Positions 63,751 through 64,000 of a stretch of DNA of 64,000 bases are shown here, in pieces. The translations under genes and the position numbers were made by a program. This stretch comes from Mobula birostris (taxonomy: Eukaryota): NCBI RefSeq assembly GCF_030028105.1, contig NC_092374.1, positions 178,708,057 through 178,772,056 on the forward strand, in the 5' to 3' direction. The stretch's first letter is position 1. Each line of letters begins with the position of its first letter. The notes under the pieces were generated by a model that worked only from the letters and a program-made list of their open reading frames with translations, did no database searches and was not told the DNA's origin.

Positions 63751-64000
63751 CTTAATTTCTCCATCAGACTCAGTTTTTTTCATATTATCTGAGCACTCCA
63801 GCATCTGAGCCCAGTCCAAGCCCCACATTCTGCTTCCCCATCGGGTGTAGGTTTGGCCACAGTGAACACTTCCGGCCTACAATAACTTTAGCTCACTACA
63901 GATATACTTCTGCATTTATCAACCAGTGATTCAATAGCTAAAACAAGCCCAGAATTTAAATCAATAGCTAAATTACTCATTTAGGACTATTACATCAGAT

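Noticed and set aside
1-64000. tRNA, rRNA or CRISPR features
   Set aside because: None were seen; tRNA-like pieces are degenerate SINE heads, and this is eukaryotic DNA.

Overview
Repeat-dense vertebrate genomic DNA, probably from a cartilaginous fish (inferred from the CR1, Penelope, Rex1/Babar and V-SINE repeat mix and the MHC sequence style). It holds two paralogous, convergently oriented MHC class I-like loci that the ORF track only partly shows. Locus B (minus strand) assembles by hand into an open 311-aa reading frame: leader 46396-46321, alpha1 39135-38890, alpha2 36775-36515, alpha3 30241-29966 and tail 28023-27947, followed by a 3'UTR exon and an AATAAA. It is clearly non-classical. 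Only 2 of the 8 peptide-anchor residues are recognisable, both platform exons are short, alpha2 has an extra Cys pair, and intron 3 is GC-AG. The protein ends in a 15-aa hydrophobic stretch with no cytoplasmic tail, resembling a GPI-anchor signal. Locus A (plus strand, 1160 to about 13300) has lost alpha1 and alpha2 by a deletion starting at the alpha1 acceptor, and carries splice-site and frameshift lesions. Both loci share the same tail stop codon. Both also share a candidate 13-codon alternative exon in intron 4 that ends in tandem stops. Together these suggest a non-classical class I lineage with GPI-type and secreted forms but no transmembrane signalling form; this is inference and needs RNA and protein data. 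The rest of the window is nested transposon debris: CR1, Penelope, Rex1/Babar, Tx1, I/Nimb, Gypsy, hAT, mariner and SINEs. Transposon boundaries are approximate unless a target-site duplication (TSD) is given.
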